This document shows, piece by piece, positions 25,309 through 35,600 of a stretch of 64,000 nucleotides of DNA. Each line of letters begins with the position of its first letter. Within the stretch, counting starts at the first letter, position 1. The notes beneath the pieces are model-generated. The model was not told where the DNA came from. It was given only the letters and a program-made list of their open reading frames with translations, and ran no database searches. A program made the position numbers and the translations under genes. This stretch comes from Paraphysomonas bandaiensis (taxonomy: Eukaryota; Protista; Chrysophyceae), in the NCBI GenBank assembly GCA_965644295.1, contig CBFFRP010000002.1, positions 1 to 64,000 of the forward strand. Direction: 5' to 3'.

Positions 25309-27871
25309 ATGGACCCGGACGGTGAGCCTGTATCAGCGCAGCTGTCGTCATATAAATAACAATCTACACAGTTGAATCATATGACGATAACGACAGAGAC
25401 AAGGAGAGGTTCAGGGAGAGAGACAGAGAGATGGAAGGGATGAGGTGAGGGGTACATGCCTGTGGGACTCTCATGATATCATTCACAGACAGTCACTTCT
25501 GAATTACTTAAATGAAACTCGCGACAAGAAGAGCACTGACGGCACTCCTTTAGTTCATTTCCCTGAAAACTTTGATTCAATAGTGAATGCTATGAACCGC
25601 AAAGACTTGGTATCAGAGAGCGAGAAGTATATTTGTCTCTCTGTGTTACGATTTTTTGACACCTGTCTTGTAGATCCTGGGCTCGATGCTTGCTGGAAGA
25701 ACGATTTGACAGAGATATGCAAGAAGGTTTTGAAGGTGGCAGATACAAGTAATATTTCCAAATATTGTTGCATTTTATAATATCTTTTGTGTAGAGAGTT
25801 GCTTGAGGAATCCAAAGACGAAGTTGCTGTAGACAGAGGTATGGCGGAGATACAGCTACTGGATAATCAGGTCTTACACCACTGTGTTTGTATGGCTGTT
25901 ACTTTGACTTGACAATATAGCTGTCTGCGTTAAATCGGAAGGCTCGATCCATAGCGCAGGAGACGGCACAACTCTTGCAGGATGACGGTACGCCCCATAT
26001 TTTGTGTAAGTTCCGCTGATACTTGACTGTATTTTTGTTGTTCAGAAACGAAGTCATCTGCGCGGAGCAGAGCGGGTGACGGAACGTTTCTTACAAGGTA
26101 TAATAGAATGGCTTACATAATTGCAGTGTTGCAATTGACAGTGTTCTTACTCCAGGCTTAAGACCCCTGGAGGTAGTTCAGTTGGAGGCTCCCCTGTCGC
26201 CTCTGCAAGGTCGACAATGTCATCTACGACAGTTAGCACGAACCAAACTAATACCAGTAAGAGGACTAAGGGATCGAAAGAGGTGCATGATGTAGGTTCT
26301 GGCCAACAAGATTCCTCCCCTACCACTGTTGAAGAGAATGAAACTGAGAGTGAAGGAGAAGTTGAGCAGCAGAAGCAGCAGCGAAGAGAGGCTGCGGAGG
26401 TCTGTATTGCAATGTGCACCTGATATCTTTCTGTCACTTTATTTAACAGCCTATGTAGGCTCGGCTGCAAGCACTTCTCAATGAAGAAGGGGGCGAAGAT
26501 GGGGAGGTGTGGCGAGCGATGTGTCGCTTTGGGTATTCTGCAGCAGAGGAGGAACGGATGCGAGACATTGATATGCGGATAGCTGCCTTACGCAGCGACG
26601 AAAGTAGGCAGGGGAGAGCAGACAGTTCAGATGGTGCTCCAGCTCTCCCTGCCATAGGTTCCGGATCTGGTGGTGAAGGGAAAAAGACATATGGAGATGC
26701 GTTCTTGCAGCAACAGCGGGCGGAGTCTATTCGTAAGAGATATTCGGCCCAACTGGACGGCTTATTATCATCCCTTCGCGAAGAGGTGTATATTTAAGTT
26801 TTTGTGTAGTTTTGCAGTGAATAATATGAGTGTTGACAGGAGATTGATTTATCCGGGCTGGCTACTTTGCTACCCCGACCTCCGTCATCATCATTTCTAC
26901 CGGCAATAGCAAAGGATGGGGTATCATGTACTGCGTCAAGCACCCCGCATCTTTCCGTAATGGACATACCTTCTGTGGATATGGTGTCGTGAGTTTTTAT
27001 ATCACTCATATATATGCACATATATCTTGTTTGATACATGTGTGTTGCTAAACTTGTCTGCAGACCACGGCGGGTTGTGGGGACTGACGATGTGAATCGG
27101 GTTGTCAACGAACTTTGTTATTCTGGACGTGGACCAACAGAGAAAGCAGATCGCAGCGCGTTGGACAGGTTAATGGCTGGGGTTCGGGGGGATGTGGAAC
27201 GTCTAGCTGAAGTCCGCTCACAGACGAGATCCTTGTCGCGTAGTGGTCAGAGTAGCACCGTTGAAAGTGAAGACTGTAGTTCCTTTCCAGACCCCACTTA
27301 TGCCCACAGATTAAAGGACTATCTCGAGATGATAAACAGCTACGTAGCAGCCCCAGACACAGCTATGTATAGATTCTACCATTTTATATTCTGTTCTTTA
27401 TTCTTTGCACAGAAACGAGGAGAATGATGGTCCTCATTCTCTGTCTACGGTGCGTAAGTTCTCTGCTCTCTTTCTGTGCTGATGGTGCAGGTTGTGAAGG
27501 TGCCTGCCGCCAAGAGTCTTGCTGGATCTGGATCGGGGCCTGCGCTGACGAGAATGACGACTCTTGAGCTAAAGGAAGCTAAGAATGTTGCCGATAGACA
27601 AGCGGGAAGCGCATCTTCACTCCCTGGTCTACCAGAGTCCTTAGACAGGCCCTCATCTGCAAAGCCGGCCACGACTGTGGTGTATGAATTAGAGTCTATT
27701 CAGGAACGAATGAATGCAATGCTTGACCGAGCATCCTCAGTTACTAAGCAAGCAGAAGAAGGCGTTGATTCTATGCCCGAAATTGAGGAAGGCTTATTGT
27801 ATCCGGATGATGAACAGGACGTTAACGTTGTATGTATAGACAGTGAACATAGCAATGATGGGAACGTATGA
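25309..27871 (+). CDS. Multi-exon protein of unknown function (coiled-coil, low complexity)
   Basis: Chain of plus-strand exons bounded by GT/AG sites. No recognisable domain. Exon boundaries approximate. Confidence 0.6.
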
Positions 27872-28418
27872 TATTTTTAAAATTATTGATAGGTCTTATT
27901 AGACCACTGCAGTAGTTGTCTAAGAAATGGATAGCAACTGCGATACCCATGTTGTGTTCGTGTATCGTGGTGTTATAACCAATGAGATTTTTTGTTGCTC
28001 AGAATATGATCTTGCTGTTTTTCGTGTTGATTCGTTAACGACGATAATCGAAGTCATTGAAAATTAAAAACACGGTGGAACAAGTCGTGTACAATAGAGT
28101 GCAGAGTACTGTGCGCGTGATTCTGTATTGTAATAATTCATGTCTGATATATGTGTTAACTAGATTTACTGACGGACTTTGTTGAGATCTGCAGTATGGT
28201 GCGATATAGATTGCGCAATTGAAAAGTGAGTTAATATTGTGCAATACGTGAAACCCATAGGTGTAACGGGTTACGAAGGAATTAAATTCAGTTACTGAGG
28301 TGTAACTATATAAGATATTGGAGTGTCTAGTGAACATATGATAAACAGATGTTACATGAATATGTTGTGAAGTGTTTAGATTAATAATTATAATTTCTTG
28401 AAAGTGCACTGTGTTCAA

Positions 28419-28503
28419 CCCTCAACGAATCGGGCTCGGACCTTTTCGTGGTGTTCTGGGGGAGAAGTACCGGAGCGATTTCTCCGAGAAACTGACGGAG
28501 CCG
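28419..28503 (+). ncRNA. Putative HDV-like (Pr77-type) self-cleaving ribozyme at the head of family B element
   Basis: Manual fold: P1 CCCUC-AAC/GUU(CU)GGGGG, P2 GGCUC.G/C.GAGCC, P3 ACC/GGU around L3 UUUUCGU, P4 CGGAG/CUCCG, J4/2 CUGA. Not computed or assayed. Confidence 0.5.
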
Positions 28504-28589
28504 CATATAGCATATATAGTCAGCAGATATTGTCCTGCCCACTCATAGCCAAATGTGTGTGTGGTAAAAGAGGACAAGACGGACACTAA

Positions 28590-28718
28590 CAGGGTATGTA
28601 TCAATTAATTGCAATATAATAGCTATTAAATTACAAATGTTTTTGAGCAATTAAATTGCAAACTTTAGTGATAGCTCGCGCAATTTAATTGTAATTCATT
28701 AATTGTTTCGCAGCCCGG
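28590..28718. mobile_element. 129-bp hAT-type MITE inserted in family B element
   Basis: CAGGG...CCC(G)G ends, AATTG-rich subterminal repeats, and an 8-bp TSD GACACTAA/GACTCTAA (1 mismatch). Confidence 0.7.
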
Positions 28719-29589
28719 GACTCTAATCACTTGAGTAGATATTTCTCTGGGAAACTAAGAATGTGAGCCGCATATATATTCAGCAAATATTGTTTTTCCC
28801 ACTCATAGCCAAAAGTCGAGGTAATACCAAAACCTGGTAAAGCAATTTTACCAGGTTTCATATCTAAGTATTGAGTTATTATTTTACTGTAATTTGTATC
28901 TGAGAGGTTAAAGGTAAAGAAAAAGTCGCAAGTATAGTTGTTATTAGCAGTATTTATTGCGTTACAAGTTGGCCCTGCTATTATTACTTGTGTTTTGTAA
29001 TATCATATTCTCATATAGCTACATCTGCTTCGCTTGAGACTGCAAACGCTCCAACCGAATAGCCTGATTTCGGATACATTGCATACGCATATAGCTATCT
29101 TTACCACTACTACTTACAGTAGTATTAGTACCTATGCTCGGAAACGACGCGGCAACAGCCGCTGGGGGCACATTGCTAGTAGGTGGAGGATCATAAGCAG
29201 GTGAAGGATCATAAGCAGTTAGTACAGTGTATAGTAACAACGCACAACAATAGTCAGAACAATACCGCATATATACGACATACGACCCCGTCACCATCTT
29301 TATGAACAGTATTACTTACCCTGCTCGTGCACTTTCGTGGTATCTCTTCCTCCGCCTCCGGGTCGTCGTTGGATATGTCGCCATGTCGTCTGAGAGTGGT
29401 ATCAGCTCTGCAGCAATCTGATGTATGTGTATGTGTGTGTGTGTCTGTCTGTGTTCTCAGGAGGTGTGATCCACACAACAATGAACACCTCATCCGATAA
29501 ACCACACCTCCTGAGCACTCCTCACTGTCATCAACAATGTCACAATCTAAGCACCAGAAGATACTAACTCAGAAGATACATGCATCACT

Positions 29590-30560
29590 CTATATGTATG
29601 TATGTGTATGGTGTGTTAAGAATAACTATTTACATCTATAGAATAACTAATAACTCGACTTACTATATACTACTAGTGGCGGGCTACCGTCTCGGGACTG
29701 CTTGTGCATCGCTGCGAGCACCATGGTTCAACCGTCCCTTGCAGTGAGGTTAATCGGGGGGTCTGCCTTTGGGCAGTGTGTCTGCCGGGCCTGTATCGTG
29801 AGTTTTACGGGGGATGGTTGGAGCTAGATGTATATGAGAGTGTAAGTCGGTGGTGTAGATGGTGCTGGTTGTCGAGTTGGGATTTCGACCACAAGTAAGG
29901 AGGAGTTGTTTCCGGAGTGGTGGTGCTTGTCTCTGTCGGGTTCGGACTCTTGCAGCGGATAGAATTCTTGGGGTGGATGTCGCTAGGAGTAGTTGGAGTA
30001 TTTTTGGTGTCGGGTGAGTATCCTGCGACGGGCGTTGCTGTGAGTGTGGTGGGGTCGTAATCGGTGTTACTGATGCCGTGTCTGTGTTGTGATGTCTGAG
30101 ACCTCTGTTTCGAAGCATGCGGAGCCCTCCACCATATAGGGGAAGGAGGATAGAGGTTACGGATTTTTCGAGAACGTGGAACTGATGTTCGAGCAGTGAG
30201 CTGGATATGTGGCGTCCGAATGCGTCGGTCAATTGTGTGGCAGTAATGTGGCCGGTCCAGTAGCGCTCAACCTGGGATGTGTGTGGATTCCATGCGGCTT
30301 TTGCTAGTTTGATTATGGCGGTGTGAAACCAGGGATGGGGGAGCGTGCGTGTGCGAAGTTTGTCGAACTTGTTGTGGTGTGCTTGGTGAACATCTTCACG
30401 TATGTGAGTGAGGTCCGGGTGTGTGCAGGTGAGAAGCATGTGTGCCATGTTGTCGATTGGGAGTGCACAGTCTGCGCATGCTGAGGCCGTTGTTATGTGA
30501 TCAGGCCCGGTTTTTCCTTTGGCTTGGTTTCTGCCCATCGCGCATGATTTGTCCCATACG
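29590..30560 (-). mobile_element. LINE ORF2 C-terminus (CCHC) plus 3' UTR
   Basis: ORF 29750-30538 contains CADC-x8-H-x4-C, typical of non-LTR ORF2 C-termini, and ends PKGRPPD*. 3' motif at 29694-29738. Confidence 0.8.
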
Positions 30561-30812
30561 TAGGTGTATAGTGAAATGGTATATGGGTGTATAGTGAGAT
30601 AGTGTAGTGATGTATAGTTAGGTGGTATAGTGGTATACAGTAGATGGTATAGTGGTATAATATAGTGGGATGGTATAGTGATGCATAGTAATATGGTATG
30701 GGTGTATAGTGAGATGGTATATGGGTGTGAGATGGTATATGGGTGTATAGTGAGATGGTATGTGGGTGTATTCTGAGATGGTATAGTGATGTTTAGTGAG
30801 ATGGTTATAGTT
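30560..30812. repeat. Degenerate minisatellite (ATGGGTGTATAGTGAGATGGTAT-like units)
   Basis: Visible in the sequence. Confidence 0.8.
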
Positions 30813-31038
30813 CATACTTGTGAACTGTATGTAATATATATGTGTAGTCGGTGACTTTTATTGCTGTAAAACTGAAGTAATATGGAAGAAATTAGTAAAA
30901 AATATTATAAATAATACTTTTCATACTGTTATTATCTTCATAGTTACTTATTGTGCATAGTTATACCCTTTTCCAACCATCATCAAAAATTTCACCAGGT
31001 TTTACATCAAAACCCAGGTTTTGGTATTACCTCGACTT

Positions 31039-31365
31039 CAAATGCGTGTATGGTACAAGAGACACTAGTTAGTGTCACCTGTGTAGACGTCGTTGGGCCT
31101 TCTGACAAATAAATAGGCATCTGGGAATGGGCCTATATCTTAAAAGGACATCCGGGGTATTAGGCTGCCTGAAGTCAAGCATCCGGGCCGTTCACCTTAA
31201 GGACTCAGAACTCTGAAGTCAGATGATGCCAGGTGTATCAACATTCTGCTTTTGATCACTGCGTTTGCTTTGAGTGATAAAGCGAAAGTGGTTGCACCTT
31301 GGTGCTTGCGGTGACGCACAAGCAGCTTTCGTAGCGTTAAATAGTAGGATATCAGAGTCTAGCAC
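31039..31365 (+). mobile_element. Continuation and 3' end of family B element (joins 28740-28812)
   Basis: Continuous with the family B body and ends in the 3' motif at 31282-31332. Confidence 0.75.
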
Positions 31366-32290
31366 TAGAAAGTCTTATTATTAGCTACAATAGGTGTCGA
31401 GAATCAGCACCAGATAAGTAGCTAGATGAAAACTAGTCAAGCTAGATAGAATTCTACCTGTAACTAACTAGAGTACAAACTCTCATATCCTACTATCCTA
31501 CTAATATATAGCGCTACGAAAGTTGCTTGTGCGACTACTTCCGTCCTTGTATGTGAGGGATATGATCTCTATGGAAGTGCAGATGGGGTTAGTCAGGGGC
31601 GTTCCTTGGGGTAGGGCTCTGCAGGACTTTGTGGAGGAGGCATAGGATTCTGAATTATAGTGAGTCGAGTGTACTACTAGCCTGAGAAACGTAGTCGAGG
31701 CGGCGGAACGGGCCGCGAGTTGGGCCTGGGACAGAGAAAAGTAGCTGACGGAGGCTGCATTGTGGCGCTTCGACTTGCGCAGGGATTTTGGGCGAGGTAG
31801 ACGTGTGGGGTGAGATAGAGGTCTCCTCGTTACACTTAGTAAGCGTGTTGCTACGTTTCTGACGTGTTCTGGGGGGAAGTCTATGTGGCCCTTTGGGTGT
31901 GGTAGCATAACGACGACTGCGGTCTTGAATCATTTGTTTGGCCGCAGCATATAGCGGCTGGAGAAGATTGACAACTGCAATTTCTAGGGTACGAATTCCT
32001 CGTGAGTTTAAAGCATAGATTGCGCAACATTCTCCAGCTGGGTAGTCCCCGTCCAGAATCGCTCAACCCTACGGTATTGAGGTATTCCAGGCTCTATTGA
32101 GAGCCTTTTGAGAATTGCGGCACTCCAAGTTGGTAGGGTCGAGTCTCGTTTTAGTTCCCGGAGTCTCAACTTGTGTCTGAACGGAAGATAAAAGGGAAAC
32201 GGTTAATCCAATTATCAGTCCTTCTGACGTCGTCGTGTGCGTCTGACTCGGCAAATTTATTGTCGCTTGATGAAACTCATCGTTTGGAGG
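31366..32290 (-). mobile_element. Degenerate 5'-truncated LINE (ORF2 C-terminus plus 3' UTR)
   Basis: Encodes VERFWTGTT. Carries an internally deleted 3' motif at 31516-31544 and a tail ending GCTAATAATAAGACTTTC. Confidence 0.75.
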
Positions 32291-32692
32291 AATACTTATA
32301 CAATGACTACGATATTATATACTACCGTTGTCCACCGTAACCAGCACAGATAGTGCTCTGCCCGCTCAGGGCCAAACGATCCATATCAGGCAACTCTTCC
32401 GTTAACGCAGAGAGTTTTGAACAGAAAATACTAATATATTATAATTCCAGATGATACAACAGGTATACTACATCACTCTTAGTATAAACATCACGGACAC
32501 TCACTTAATCATTCTGTCTACATTATTCTATCGATAATATCGTTCAAAAATATATTTCTGTGTTTTGTAATGAGATTTATCACTTTCTTGATAATAAAAT
32601 AAGACGAGATAATCACATTGACTACATTGTAGCTGAATACTCCCCACAACAGCGTGCAAAGTATAAGCACACCCAGCGTTTATAGTTTCACA

Positions 32693-35600
32693 CTACCGCC
32701 GGCGGGGCTTGTCTTGGTTACTTGCGTGCTGGTCGCGGGCTGCTCCCGCTAATCTCCGAGTCAAGAAGTCTCTATTATAATCAACAGCTTGCACTATAGT
32801 GCGGACCCAGTTCTCTCGCGCCATAGAATCTTGAAACCTGTAAGTATGCCAGATAAGTTTAACAATACATGAGAAAATGATTCGCCTACTTGAGGTGTAT
32901 AATATCTCTAGTTTGAGCAGTGATAACGATTACAAACTTGTCTTCAATATACTTCGTGCCCTTCTTTGAGTTGGAGTCATTTCCAGTAGCATCTCCTAAC
33001 TCTATGTGAATACTCTTCACCTGACCTAATGGTAGCACGGTCTCGGCGTCAACAGCATTTCTGGAGGTATAAAAAAACAGAAACTCGCCGTCCATAGATA
33101 CATACATATGATCCCATCTCTCTAAAAGACTCTTCATAATATCTTTCGTTCTAACCCGTCGCTTCAGAGGACCATTTCCTCTGAAGCTAACCATTGCCCA
33201 ACCACACCTAGCCATCATATCATATTAGAGTAAGTGTCAAGAAATAGAAACAAAAACACATACCTCGATCGACCAGCAGCTCCTGCAGCAATACGTACTT
33301 CAAACATGGGGCGGGTGTCAGTTACACCCAAACGTGAGCGCAGCACCTCGAAGGAACTCTTTCCAACCACAACACTCTTTTTCGTGGATACCACTTCCAC
33401 CTCACGCGTCATTTCACCTCCCCAAAACATTAAACTCTGGTCAGACGACAAATGATACGTGTTGGTCCCAAACTTTCTCCTAATAGAAAATTCAGAAACA
33501 TGTAATCCATACTTCAAATATAACTTACTCTCCATCAAAGAAGTCAAAGCGAATGACAGAGTTCCCGTGACAACCAGGTATATATAAAGTTTCGTCCTGC
33601 AAGTCTACAGTGTATTTCACTTCCTTCTTCTCAGTGTCCGGGGATTCCACAGTAACAATATTCCTAGAAGACTCAAACATTGATTTCGACGCGGCGAACG
33701 CACCGAGGGCCGTGCTCAAGGTCTTCACACCCAACAAACCAATACCAGACGATTTTGGAGACGGTGGCCTCTGAATAGGTTTTAACGACGTTCTTCTTGG
33801 GGCTAAACTCGCAGATTCCAGGTCTCTGCTGCTAGATAAAGATAACAATAGCGCCTTGCTGCTCGGTTTTTCTATCGCGGGTACATCTCCAATGAGATTA
33901 GATCCTAATGTATTGACACTCTCCCTTCCAATGCTGTCCATACTCAATCTAGCTGAGAGCTCCGCCGCAGAACTCCCTCGTGGTCTGACAGCTCCAACAA
34001 CTTGATTTTCATCATCAGAGGAGTCACTTTCGCTGCTACTCTCACTTTCGGACTCCTCTCTAATTGCATCGTTTTCATCTTGTAGCGATGAAAGATTTCT
34101 GACTATCATTGACTTCTTTACAGCAGTCTGAAAAACTTTCTTGGCATGAGCATTCCCTGTTTTTTTTGCAGAGCGATTGACATCGGATCCACCTACTTTA
34201 ATATTCACGCCCGGTGTACCATGCATCCTAGCAAATTCAGCTAGCTTATCAGCAGCCGTTTTTGTTCCTCCACTCTCTTTGGCTTTCAGTATCTGTGCCG
34301 TCTGTAACATAGACAATTTTCTCTTTCCAATGGTCGGTTCAGTAACTGGATTCGACGTGGTTGATAATTTCACCGGAGACACCATGGAGTCTGAACTAGT
34401 CTGCTCAACGCAATCATACAGAGAGGTAGTCCGTACAATATTAGGCTGCTTGGACTGAATAACAGTATTAAAGTCATCCTGTTCTACCAAGTGAAGAAGT
34501 CCGGCCCACCACACGGACACACGAACCTTCAACGTTTTGGACAGCACGAGGTTCGCCGGAATACCTCTCACTCCGTGAAGGACGATTTGAAGTGGGATCT
34601 CCGTTCTTCGCAGGCACCTCTTTAACTTCCAGTACTGGCGATACTGACGCCAACAAGCGTTTATTTTTATTCCCGCGAGCACTTTTATCATCAGCTTCCA
34701 TCGCAAACACGCACCCCTCCAAATGCGCTGCAACTTCAGAGCTGCAGCAACTTTCCGCCGACGATAGCGAATCTTACGGCGTAACTTAACACAACACATT
34801 GTAACAAGCATCTTGCGTCTGAAAAGAACTTCCGAGCGGTATTCTTCGAAGTGCATTGACGCAAGTTTCATTCGAAATAAGGACTGAATTTTGATGCATG
34901 CACGAAATCGCTTCAGATACATGTCGTGGTGCTTATCGAGTTCCACCATAGAGTACCCATACCTTTTATAGTTACTTGGAGCAGAAGTGTATTTAGCAAT
35001 TAAATCTTTTTGCTTCTTATCTCTAGCCTTGCATCCAACATACTCAATAAAATTACGTATGACGCGACGGTATAGGCGTTTCTTCCCCACAGGCTGCTTC
35101 AGTCTAAGCCTTCTCTTGAACAAAAAACGAGCAACTAGTGCAGCAGCCCGTGTTACATTCACCAGTCGCAAAACAGCTCTTCGTGCAAGCACCCTCTTCC
35201 ATTGTCGCTGGATGCGCATATAGAACTTGAGTACAGTCCATTTCCATGTTCTGAATTGCCTCTGCAGCCGTACCGCGGCTCCATGTCGCATCATATGATA
35301 CCGCTGAATCATCGCACGGATACCTTTATCCACGGACGTATCTAGGAGTTCGTATATCCATTCCCGACACAGATTACATACCCACAGCCTGTGGTACAAT
35401 TTCTTCTGTGGAAAAACTAGCTTCCACCATACCGCTATCTTCACTGCTGATCGCTTACGCATATCTTTCGTTTTATACTTTCTGTTGATTACATTAAAGG
35501 CACCCCTCAGCATTGTTGGCATGACTATAGGTGTCTTACGGAGGGATTTCGGTGAGTCTACAGCAGACCGTCTATCAAAGGGGGACGTAGGGGTATACAC

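Larger units (their letters stand above)
28813..31038. mobile_element. 2.2-kb non-autonomous TIR DNA transposon with cargo
   Basis: Perfect 25-bp TIRs AAGTCGAGGTAATACCAAAACCTGG (28813-28837 and 31014-31038) and a 3-bp TSD CAA. Removing it restores the family B sequence ACTCATAGCCAAATG. Confidence 0.85.
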
